Shown one piece after another: positions 26,922-35,519 of a stretch of DNA of 64,000 nucleotides. The position numbers and the translations under genes were made by a program. Location of the stretch: contig CAYPDT010000002.1 of NCBI GenBank assembly GCA_964409615.1, positions 1,226 through 65,225 on the forward strand, read 5' to 3'. Every line of letters starts with the position of its first letter. Positions within the stretch are counted from its first letter, which is position 1. The notes below the pieces were generated by a model. That model was not told where the DNA came from, made no database searches, and saw only the letters and a list, made by a program, of their open reading frames with translations. This DNA comes from an uncultured Candidatus Saccharibacteria bacterium. GTDB lineage: Bacteria > Patescibacteriota > Saccharimonadia > Saccharimonadales > AWTP1-31.

Positions 26922-28460
26922 TTAATTATGAATGCTACCGTTACGCAGGTCAGCGTCAAGAGGGAAGCCGGAACTAACAATACTAGCAACAGGCGCCAGT
27001 ACTACATTGCCTTCACTGAATCGAAACGCCGAGAGTGGTGAGGGCTGCAGAACAGCCGTAAGCTGAAAGTCTTCTAATTCAACCTCTCGCTCTCCGTCTG
27101 CAGGAGCTGTTTCGGTGTTCACGATAAATCCGAGTAAATTGCATTCCAAGGCATACTCCTCGCCGACTCGAATATCACCTTCGTCCATCCCGAGAAATTC
27201 AATAGCGCCATCTGCGAGAAGACTATCCCCGTCTAGCACTGTAGCTAGTTCGTAGTTCGAATCTCTACTAAGTCGTACAAATATCTGGTTGGCCATGTTG
27301 TACGTGAGATTCACCACTGTATCGGCGTTTAGTTCTTGAATCATTTCACGAGCTTTTTTCATCGCGCCATCGTAGTCGTGAGGATTATTCTGAAGTATTT
27401 CAGCAAGTGGCACACAAAAGCCCTGCAGTTGCATACCAAACAATGACTGATCAGCTTCATGAATGCCATGTTGCTCGATACTACCGTCAAGCACCTTAGA
27501 TACAGGTACGGCCACATACGATTCGCCGTCTGACGTATCTTCATCAGTCATAATCATGGCGAACATCTCTGGTGCCTCTTCACCATCTAAATCTTCATCA
27601 AACTCTACATGGTATCCCATAAACCAGCCTGCAAGGCGTTTAACCCTCGGGATATCGGTAATTTCACAATACTGTTCACTTCCAGTTAGAACACTGCGGA
27701 ATACCCCGTCCGCAATGGCAAGCTGTACGCGGCGGTGGCGGGCCGGGTTTGCCTCGGCTAGTTCTTCGGCCATCTTATCGGCTACATCCCACCGTGCAGC
27801 ATAGGATGTTTCATCATCTTCGTCATCTTCATCATGCTGACGTACTAGGTCGTGAAAAGCTGCAAATGTCTGCGAATCAGCTAAAAACGGTCCGTCGGGG
27901 TCAGTGAACAATACATAGTCGACTGCAGTATGAGGAATTTCTACATAGGCCGTATCTGGATCAAGTTGTGAATCAGGCGGCAACCTAAATGGTCTCATTT
28001 TCAGGCCCACACCAATTTGAACCGGTTTGTCATCAATATGCAGTGGGACTGCCAAACTTTCGGTGCGTATGTCAGAACGCAACACGAGCTCGTCCATTGC
28101 ATCTTCGACACTAAATAGCGTAGGACTAAGGTCAGGGGAATCGAAGTCGGCCGATACATAAACCCCTTCTAGGGTACCTACCAATGAGTTGGGGGCCGAG
28201 ACCATTTCAGCCAGTCCCGAAGCGTCCCTTAGCAATACGACTGCCTCACCGTCTTCAAAAGATGTAAAATCAATTTGCACTACCTGGCCAGCAAGGTGCG
28301 ACTCGGCGAACTCTGCTTCGAGCTGGGCTTGCACTTCGGGGTATGTCCAGCGGTAGTCGTAGCCAGTCTCTACATCTCGTAGTTCAACCCGTTGGGCTGA
28401 CTCTACAGCTAGGCGTTCGTATTCTTCGAATGCCACACAATATACTCGTAAATCATTCAC
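26922..28460 (-). CDS. hypothetical, strongly acidic 512-aa cytoplasmic protein
   Basis: Long uninterrupted ORF rich in Asp/Glu (for example QHDEDDEDDETS). No TM segment, signal peptide or known motif. Confidence 0.6.
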   Translation of the reverse strand: MNDLRVYCVAFEEYERLAVESAQRVELRDVETGYDYRWTYPEVQAQLEAEFAESHLAGQVVQIDFTSFEDGEAVVLLRDASGLAEMVSAPNSLVGTLEGVYVSADFDSPDLSPTLFSVEDAMDELVLRSDIRTESLAVPLHIDDKPVQIGVGLKMRPFRLPPDSQLDPDTAYVEIPHTAVDYVLFTDPDGPFLADSQTFAAFHDLVRQHDEDDEDDETSYAARWDVADKMAEELAEANPARHRRVQLAIADGVFRSVLTGSEQYCEITDIPRVKRLAGWFMGYHVEFDEDLDGEEAPEMFAMIMTDEDTSDGESYVAVPVSKVLDGSIEQHGIHEADQSLFGMQLQGFCVPLAEILQNNPHDYDGAMKKAREMIQELNADTVVNLTYNMANQIFVRLSRDSNYELATVLDGDSLLADGAIEFLGMDEGDIRVGEEYALECNLLGFIVNTETAPADGEREVELEDFQLTAVLQPSPLSAFRFSEGNVVLAPVASIVSSGFPLDADLRNGSIHN

Positions 28461-28563
28461 CGCAAACCTGCTTTCGGGTGGCTACAAGCATCATTTGCTG
28501 TACATTATCTGTTGCTATTGTAAGTTTTGCAAATTATTGTGCTGTACTTTTTACAAAGTCACG

Positions 28564-29880
28564 TTATTGACCAATACCTCGGTAGACTATGCCCGCAGCC
28601 ACTATTGCGTCACGATCCAGGCAATTTCGCCCATCCAGCACGTAACGCACATTATGTTTCTTGAGCTTTTTTGCACTAAAATACTCTAAATATGCAGCAT
28701 GCGCCGAAGCCACGAACAAAACATCTACTTTTTCTAACAATTCTTCAATCCCGGAAGCTATGAGTACATTGGCTACTTCGTCTTGGATGATACTATCTTC
28801 AATATATGGGTCGTGCACCAGTAGAGTTGTTTTGCCATGAAGAATTTTTGCCACTTCAATCGCCGGGCTGCGCCGCATATCGCCAACATTGGGCTTGTAC
28901 GAAAGACCAGCTAGTCCGATTTTCATATCCTGCAAGCTCCGACCGTCTGCTTGTAAAATTTTCTCTAGTGATTCAACGGCATATGCCGGCATACCGTCGT
29001 TGAGTCGGGCAGCACTGGCTAAAAAGTTGGTGTCTACGCCAGCAGAATGAGCTTTTTGAATGACATAGTGTATATCTTCCGGGATGCAATGACCTCCCGG
29101 CCCAATACCTGGCTGCGCCAGGCTCAAGCCAAATTGGTCAACCTTCGATTGTAAACCACGCATTACATTGCTTACATCCATACCCAGCGCATCACAAATG
29201 ATAGCCGCTTCGTTTGCCAGGGCAATCATAACGTTTCGATGACTATTCTCCCACGACTTGGTAAACTCAGCTTCTTCCGAAGAACCAAGCGCAATGATAC
29301 GAGCATCGATTATTGTTTCATAAAACTCAACAGCTTTTGCAGTACAAGCCTCAGTAATACCACCTACAACTCGGTTAAGATTACCGACAAACCACTGACT
29401 GTTACCAGGATCAATTCGCTCCGGACAATGGGCCAAAAATATATCCTCGCCAATAGTTAAGCCGCTCACTCGTTCTAATATTGGTGCAATCAGGTCACGA
29501 GTAACGCCGGGGTTAACGGTACTTTCTAGCACAATCAATTGACCCGACCGAGCATGTACTGCAACCGATTCTACTGCGCTTTGTACCAAACTTAAGTCTG
29601 GAACATTGTTGTTGGTAGGTGTGGGAACACAAATTATCACAACGTCGGCCTGCTGAAGTGAGTCGTAGGAATCGCTAACCGTAAAAGTCTTGGAAGATAT
29701 GTTTTCTAAAGCACTGGCGAAACGTTGGTCATTAACATACGGTGACTGCCGAGCAGAAATTTTGGTTAGCAGTTGTTTATTTTTATCGACTCCATAAACG
29801 CGATAGCCCTTTTCGGCAGCTTGTACTGCGAGTGGTAAACCAACATAACCCAAACCAACAACAGCCAAGTTTTTTGTCAT
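28564..29880 (-). CDS. nucleotide-sugar 6-dehydrogenase (UDP-glucose/GDP-mannose dehydrogenase family)
   Basis: N-terminal VVGLGYVGLPLA Rossmann motif, catalytic-Cys region GPGGHCIPED, 438 aa. Confidence 0.85.
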   Translation of the reverse strand: MTKNLAVVGLGYVGLPLAVQAAEKGYRVYGVDKNKQLLTKISARQSPYVNDQRFASALENISSKTFTVSDSYDSLQQADVVIICVPTPTNNNVPDLSLVQSAVESVAVHARSGQLIVLESTVNPGVTRDLIAPILERVSGLTIGEDIFLAHCPERIDPGNSQWFVGNLNRVVGGITEACTAKAVEFYETIIDARIIALGSSEEAEFTKSWENSHRNVMIALANEAAIICDALGMDVSNVMRGLQSKVDQFGLSLAQPGIGPGGHCIPEDIHYVIQKAHSAGVDTNFLASAARLNDGMPAYAVESLEKILQADGRSLQDMKIGLAGLSYKPNVGDMRRSPAIEVAKILHGKTTLLVHDPYIEDSIIQDEVANVLIASGIEELLEKVDVLFVASAHAAYLEYFSAKKLKKHNVRYVLDGRNCLDRDAIVAAGIVYRGIGQ

Positions 29881-29926
29881 AGAAATATAGTAACCTCTTT
29901 CAGGACTATTACCTACCGAGTAAGCT

Positions 29927-30784
29927 CTACATCAACTGCAAGATAATAATGATAGTAATGCAAAAGCCCACTAATTGATTGATTTTCATAAAGTGCCGCC
30001 AACCACCATTGGTCCGAGCAGAATGCTTGTCGCTGATAGAAAGGTAGGGTGAAACAATCAATGGATATAGCAAGCCAGCAACCGCAACTATTAGCGATGG
30101 CCATCCCTGCCATGCAATCAATACAACTGCTAAAATATACTGCACAAAGCTAATCCTCACGGTTGCCGATGCGCCGAGTGCCGTTGCAATGGAGTGTAAT
30201 CCTGCTTTACGGTCCGGAATAATATCCTGCACTGCACCAAAGGCATGACTAGCCATGCCCCATAAGAAAAATGCAGCGACGTAGGGCCACCAGCCCGCGG
30301 GCCAACCTGTTAAACTCAAAGCAAACAACAGTGGGCTTACAAAATGAAAACTAGACGAAACAGAATCAATAACCGGCCGTTCTTTAAAACGAAGCTTCGG
30401 CACACTATATGCTGCTGCATCAAAAATAGAAAGCGCCAGAACTAGCCAGCTAAAGCCACTCCCCGCAACAAGCAGATACAGCACAAAAGGAACATTACAC
30501 ACAATCACAGCCCAGAACATAAAACGGTGCAGTTCTTTCGGTAACACCGCACCTTCTACGCCACCCTTACGAGGATTTTGCATGTCTGATTCGTAATCAT
30601 AAATGTCGTTAATGACATAAATCAGCATGTTGTAGGGAATCAAAAAATAGAACGTGGCCACCCAAAACAAAACAGGAACGTCCGTTCCATGCGCCAGTAA
30701 ATATCCGGCAGCAAATGGGAAGGCAGTGTTAATCCACGAGACAGGCCTCGATGACCATAGTAGTGTTTTAAGCTTTTTTTTCAT
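29927..30784 (-). CDS. crtEb: UbiA-family prenyltransferase, lycopene elongase (CrtEb-like)
   Basis: VINDIYDYESD (NDxxDxxxD UbiA motif), about 8 TM helices, 17-nt overlap with the upstream cyclase subunit gene. Confidence 0.7.
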   Translation of the reverse strand: MKKKLKTLLWSSRPVSWINTAFPFAAGYLLAHGTDVPVLFWVATFYFLIPYNMLIYVINDIYDYESDMQNPRKGGVEGAVLPKELHRFMFWAVIVCNVPFVLYLLVAGSGFSWLVLALSIFDAAAYSVPKLRFKERPVIDSVSSSFHFVSPLLFALSLTGWPAGWWPYVAAFFLWGMASHAFGAVQDIIPDRKAGLHSIATALGASATVRISFVQYILAVVLIAWQGWPSLIVAVAGLLYPLIVSPYLSISDKHSARTNGGWRHFMKINQLVGFCITIIIILQLM

Positions 30785-31067
30785 ACGATCTCCATAGTAG
30801 CGGAATTAATAAGCCAGCCGCTAATGCATAGGCGAAATCTTCTATGGGTGCCTGGAACACATTTACACGCAAAGTGAATTCTCGGTTGTAAGCGACTATA
30901 CCGGCAGCAATTATTAACGGGTCAAAGATGGCAGTCAGTATACTTACAACCAAAGTCGAATGTAGTGCGTTGTTGGTAAATGTGTCGCGGCTGTATTTTT
31001 TTTGCCAACAAAAAATTACTACTACCGCTAACAAAACTATTCCATTTAGTAATATGTAGCGCATCAT
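30768..31067 (-). CDS. crtYf: carotenoid cyclase small subunit (lycopene cyclase domain, CrtYf-like)
   Basis: About 99-aa 3-TM protein with PIEDFAYALA (the PxE[ED] cyclase-domain motif). ATGA overlap with crtYe at 31064-31067. The track start at 31121 is rejected. Confidence 0.7.
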   Translation of the reverse strand: MMRYILLNGIVLLAVVVIFCWQKKYSRDTFTNNALHSTLVVSILTAIFDPLIIAAGIVAYNREFTLRVNVFQAPIEDFAYALAAGLLIPLLWRSYEKKA

Positions 31068-31375
31068 GATACCCGCTTTCTGGTTTCTAAGAAGCGGAAT
31101 ACAATCAAAACCGAGTAACAAAGCACCGTCAGAAAGAATAGTTCCTCGAGCGGGAATTGTCCTATGCGTATACCCGTCAGAAACCGAGTTTTACCAATGA
31201 AAAATATATTCATTACAATGCCGGCCACGTCCCAGACTACAAAAAACAACAAGCCCGACGATATTGTCTTTATGGCTCGACCCATGTCATAAAAAAATGC
31301 CAACTTGTAACGCCAATCAATCAAAGATAAGCAGCCTATCACTGAAACAAGGGCAATCAAATATGCAAGCCTCAT
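31064..31375 (-). CDS. crtYe: carotenoid cyclase small subunit (lycopene cyclase domain, CrtYe-like)
   Basis: 103-aa 3-TM protein with FPLEELFFL motif; 4-nt overlap with crtI. Confidence 0.7.
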   Translation of the reverse strand: MRLAYLIALVSVIGCLSLIDWRYKLAFFYDMGRAIKTISSGLLFFVVWDVAGIVMNIFFIGKTRFLTGIRIGQFPLEELFFLTVLCYSVLIVFRFLETRKRVS

Positions 31376-32883
31376 AGCAGCTCCGGAAGCGTCTGTAGAG
31401 GCCCAGCAGTTTTGTCACTTGCTAGTGACTTAATAACCAGCTCTGCGCTAATTAAGCACATTGGTACACCTATGCCCGGCTGCGTCATACCACCAACATA
31501 GTACAAATTCGAAACTTTTTTACTGCGAATATTCGGACGCAAAAAAGCGCTCTGAAGTAGTGTGTGATTCAGACCCAAAGCCGAACCTTGCCATGCATTA
31601 AACGCCGACTCAAATTCTGCCGGGCCACGCACTTCTTGTGTCACTATGCGTTGCCTGAAATCGGCTATACCTGACTGTTCAGCCAACTGATCTAGATACC
31701 GGGCAATCAGTTGCTCTTGTGTTTTTGCTGTCATTTTTTTACCCGGGGGTAGGGGTACAAGTACAAAAACATTTTCATGACCTTTTGGCGCAACACTTGC
31801 ATCACTGGCAGATGTCTTGCTCACATACATAGAGGCTTTCTCAGGCCACTGACTATTGTTATAAATGTCATCAAAATTCTGCCGCCATGCATCTACAAAA
31901 AATAAATTATGGTGTTTCAATTCTGGTAAAGCACCGCGTATTCCTAAGTACAGCAACAACCCGGCTGGTGCTGCTTTCTTCTTTTTCCAATAAGCTTCTG
32001 GGTATGTTTGATGCGGTGCACTCAGCAGCTTTGTTTCGGTGAAGGCAAGATCAGCGTTAGAGATAACAATATCGGCAGTGTGTAGTTTTCCGGCAACCAT
32101 CACACCTACTGCTTTACCATCTACCACTTCAATCGATTGGATTGAATTATTCAAACGATATGTAACTTCCAATTTCTTTCCTGCTGATACGAGCGCTTCG
32201 GTAACCTTGTACATACCGCCTTTTGGGAAGAAAACTCCTTGCTCGAAGTCAAGGTAACTCATTAGGCGATACAACGAAGGAGCATCGAAAGGTGATGTGC
32301 CCAAAAAGACCATGGCGTATTCCATGATTTGCTGAAGTTGCTTGGTTGCAAACTTGCGGCGCACATGGCTATGTAGAGACCCTGTTAATCCACCTAGCAA
32401 ACGTTTGGAGTGGCGGGCTATTGCACGATTCGTGACCAGCGGTTTGACCGAGCGGAATGGATTATATAAAAAATTAGCAATCGCTAATTGATAGATTGTG
32501 CGGGCCTCATCTACGTATTCTGTCAGGCGCTGCCCCGCACCAGCCTCGAGACCTTCAAACGTCTTACTGTCTGTCGCAACATCGCCTTTTACGACGATTG
32601 GCTTGGCATAGTCGAAAAATACCTTGTAGGCTGGTGACAGTTTTTGTAGTTTGTAGAAGTCATTTGGCCTATGGCCGAGCAGAGAAAAGTAATGCTCAAA
32701 GACCTCAGGCATTAGGTACCAAGACGGGCCACTGTCGAAGGTAAAACCATCTCGTTTGAGTAGCCCCATACGCCCACCGAGTCGACTATTCTTCTCAAAA
32801 ACTTCAACAGTATACCCAGCTTTAGCTAATAAATTTGCAACCGCCAATCCACCTGCACCGGCTCCAATGACAATAGCTTTCAT
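31372..32883 (-). CDS. crtI: phytoene desaturase
   Basis: MKAIVIGAGAGGLAVANLLAKAGYTVEVFEKNSRLGGR FAD fold; C-terminal YYVGGMTQPGIGVPMCLIS. Confidence 0.9.
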   Translation of the reverse strand: MKAIVIGAGAGGLAVANLLAKAGYTVEVFEKNSRLGGRMGLLKRDGFTFDSGPSWYLMPEVFEHYFSLLGHRPNDFYKLQKLSPAYKVFFDYAKPIVVKGDVATDSKTFEGLEAGAGQRLTEYVDEARTIYQLAIANFLYNPFRSVKPLVTNRAIARHSKRLLGGLTGSLHSHVRRKFATKQLQQIMEYAMVFLGTSPFDAPSLYRLMSYLDFEQGVFFPKGGMYKVTEALVSAGKKLEVTYRLNNSIQSIEVVDGKAVGVMVAGKLHTADIVISNADLAFTETKLLSAPHQTYPEAYWKKKKAAPAGLLLYLGIRGALPELKHHNLFFVDAWRQNFDDIYNNSQWPEKASMYVSKTSASDASVAPKGHENVFVLVPLPPGKKMTAKTQEQLIARYLDQLAEQSGIADFRQRIVTQEVRGPAEFESAFNAWQGSALGLNHTLLQSAFLRPNIRSKKVSNLYYVGGMTQPGIGVPMCLISAELVIKSLASDKTAGPLQTLPELL

Positions 32884-33704
32884 AGTAGCCCCGCTTTAAC
32901 TCGTACTAGTAATAGAACCTTCTGCCAGTCGGCCACTCGAATGCGCTGCTGTTTGATTCGCTCAGCTGGGGTTGCTTTTAGTTTTTGCAGGAGGGCCGAA
33001 TAATATATGTACGATGCCTTGACTGCTTTTTGTGCAGAAGCTGGCAACTGCTCAATGGCTATCTTGGCTGTAGCAAAGTCGGCAGAAATATCTGCAACAA
33101 TGGCTTCTTTGGTTGCTTCATCAAATGCCTTAAATGTACCAACGGGGAAGTAATAGCGACCTAAACGTTCGTGATCATCGTGTATATCACGTAAAAAGTT
33201 CACCTTCTGATAAGCAGCGCCCAACGCCCGGGCTCCTGGTTCAAGCTTTTTATATTCTGCGTTATCACCTTGGCAAAATACTTTCAGACACATAAGGCCC
33301 ACCACTTCGGCGGAGCCATAAATATACTGCTGATACTTATCAACCGTGTAGCGTTTTGCACCGGTGTCCATGCGCATGCTTTCGATAAATGGCGCAATCA
33401 AAGTCTTACTAATACCAAACTGTAAGCACGTGCTGACAAAGGCATGGATAACTAGATTCGTACTATAGCCTCTTGTTAGGTCTTGGTAGGTTTGTTGCTC
33501 GAAAGCGTCAAGCAGCGCCAACCGGTCTTTGCCTGTATAGGTATCGACGATTTCGTCCGCCACTCGAACAAAGCCATAAATATTATAAATATCTTGCCGA
33601 ATTTGTTTAGCAAACAAACGTGAAGCCATCCCAAACGAGGTCGAATAACGCTGTGTCATGAGCCGACTGACTTCCTCGGAAGTTGATAAGTATAAATCTG
33701 CCAT
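32880..33704 (-). CDS. crtB: phytoene synthase
   Basis: YSTSFGMASRLF, YGFVRVADEIVD and NFLRDIHDDHERLGRYYFP motifs. Confidence 0.9.
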   Translation of the reverse strand: MADLYLSTSEEVSRLMTQRYSTSFGMASRLFAKQIRQDIYNIYGFVRVADEIVDTYTGKDRLALLDAFEQQTYQDLTRGYSTNLVIHAFVSTCLQFGISKTLIAPFIESMRMDTGAKRYTVDKYQQYIYGSAEVVGLMCLKVFCQGDNAEYKKLEPGARALGAAYQKVNFLRDIHDDHERLGRYYFPVGTFKAFDEATKEAIVADISADFATAKIAIEQLPASAQKAVKASYIYYSALLQKLKATPAERIKQQRIRVADWQKVLLLVRVKAGLL

Positions 33705-34777
33705 TAGCTGTTCCTACTGAGCATTTTTGTAATCAGGTCGAGTAGTGCTTGTTTAGCATTTTCATGCATACTCAATTCCCTAATCAGCTTTTGGGCTTCT
33801 TCTGATAGCTGCTTTGCTTCATGCATAACGGCATTTTTAGCGCCCGAAATAGTCAATAATTCGAGCGCGCGCATAATATCTTGTTGGCTCATCTCATGAT
33901 GCACATCGTAAAGTGCTATAAGTTCTTGTTGCTGCTCTTTGTTCAGACGATTGCAGGCTTCTTGCACTAGCACAGTGCGCTTGCGCTCCCGTATGTCGGT
34001 AACCGTGGATTTTCCTGTTTGCTGTGCTTGGCCGAATACTCCAAGTACGTCATCGACTAGCTGGAATGCAATGCCGAGTTTTTCGCCTATTTTCCGTAGA
34101 GACCGCAAATCATCTCCATCAACACCAGCCAATACAGCTCCGCTCAGCAAGGGAAGCTGGAAGGTGTAGCCCGCCGTTTTATACAAAGCAATGGTGCGAG
34201 CATTTGTTGCGTCGAGTGGGTACAAAACCGACTCGGCATCGAGCAATTCGCCGCCTCCAACCATAAAAATAGCCTCGTTGAGGAGTTGCAAAATAGCGAC
34301 CTTGGCATCGGCGTCGAGCTTTGCATTCAATACTATTTGCTGAGAGTACGAAATCAGTAAATCACCAGCCAACAAAGCACTCGAAAGGGCGTAATGTTCG
34401 ACATTAATGGATGCTGCCTGGTTATATACTTCGCAGTAGCGACCAAATATATTAAGAGCACCGTGTCGCATATCATCACGATCTATTATGTCATCGTGCA
34501 CAAGCAGTGCAGCATGAAGCAATTCCCAAGCCGATGCTACCGGCAAAATGTCGGGAGTTTTCTGGCCGCCATAGCCCTGGTAAGTAAGAATTGCAAGGTG
34601 AGGTCGTAAATGCTTACCGCCTGCCGCCAGGTACGACTGCATGATTGCTAACATCTGTTGGTACGATGGGTCTACTACAGTTGCTCGTTGCAGTTCTGTT
34701 GCCAAAAATTCGTCAAGAAACACGTCGACCTGTGTTTTGGTCTGCGTTAACGAATACACCTTATCTGCAGTTATCAT
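33704..34777 (-). CDS. crtE: polyprenyl (geranylgeranyl) diphosphate synthase
   Basis: FARM LLVHDDIIDRDDMRHG and SARM FQLVDDVLG motifs. First gene of the crt string. Confidence 0.85.
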   Translation of the reverse strand: MITADKVYSLTQTKTQVDVFLDEFLATELQRATVVDPSYQQMLAIMQSYLAAGGKHLRPHLAILTYQGYGGQKTPDILPVASAWELLHAALLVHDDIIDRDDMRHGALNIFGRYCEVYNQAASINVEHYALSSALLAGDLLISYSQQIVLNAKLDADAKVAILQLLNEAIFMVGGGELLDAESVLYPLDATNARTIALYKTAGYTFQLPLLSGAVLAGVDGDDLRSLRKIGEKLGIAFQLVDDVLGVFGQAQQTGKSTVTDIRERKRTVLVQEACNRLNKEQQQELIALYDVHHEMSQQDIMRALELLTISGAKNAVMHEAKQLSEEAQKLIRELSMHENAKQALLDLITKMLSRNS

Positions 34778-34943
34778 ATTACTTTTACTATACCGGTATA
34801 GGGGTGGTTTTACTATAAAAATAACCTTTGGTCATTATCTAGCTTATTGCATATTTAGAATATGCTTCCGGCGAAGACCATATTGCGGATGCCCTGGCTC
34901 GAAGCAAGCCTCGTACGTAACACACTAGTGATATTCTACGTAT

Positions 34944-35423
34944 ATGGGTATTTATGTTGCACGACATGGAGTTTCTGAAGCAAATGACGCCGGCAATGCC
35001 GCTTTTGGTAGGGCCGAAGCACATCTATTACCAGAGGGCATCGAACAAGCCACTTGTCTTGGTGAGCAACTGATACCAACCTACTGCATCGACCCGAACA
35101 CCGAGCCTGTAGCTGTTTCACAGATGGCACGCACCCAAGAGACCGCTCATCACGCTGGTTTTGTGATAGCAAAACAATATGCGCAACTCGACGAAGTAAG
35201 TCATGGCCTAGACCTAGATGGTTTTATACACATGAAACAAACTCGCCAACTTCCGGCACATGTAATGCGCGCAGCTGAAGATACGCTCAACAACCCACCC
35301 GCTGAGCGATTCTGGATTTCTCACGGTTTACTAATTGCCGCCATGTGCCAGATTCTTGGCGTATACCAAGACGAGGAACGGCTATTTCAGCGATTCTGCG
35401 AGGTTAGATACCTACCAATCTAG
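34944..35423 (+). CDS. histidine phosphatase superfamily protein (phosphoglycerate mutase-like)
   Basis: N-terminal IYVARHGVSEAN (RHG motif); 159 aa. Confidence 0.6.
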   Translation: MGIYVARHGVSEANDAGNAAFGRAEAHLLPEGIEQATCLGEQLIPTYCIDPNTEPVAVSQMARTQETAHHAGFVIAKQYAQLDEVSHGLDLDGFIHMKQTRQLPAHVMRAAEDTLNNPPAERFWISHGLLIAAMCQILGVYQDEERLFQRFCEVRYLPI

Positions 35424-35519
35424 CCTGTTGGGAAGGTTAATTTTCATCTATTGCCGTGTAGGGGAATAAGTACTGGCTTTGGCGTATACTAGGTCTATAA
35501 GCAAGAGCTAAACCACGGT

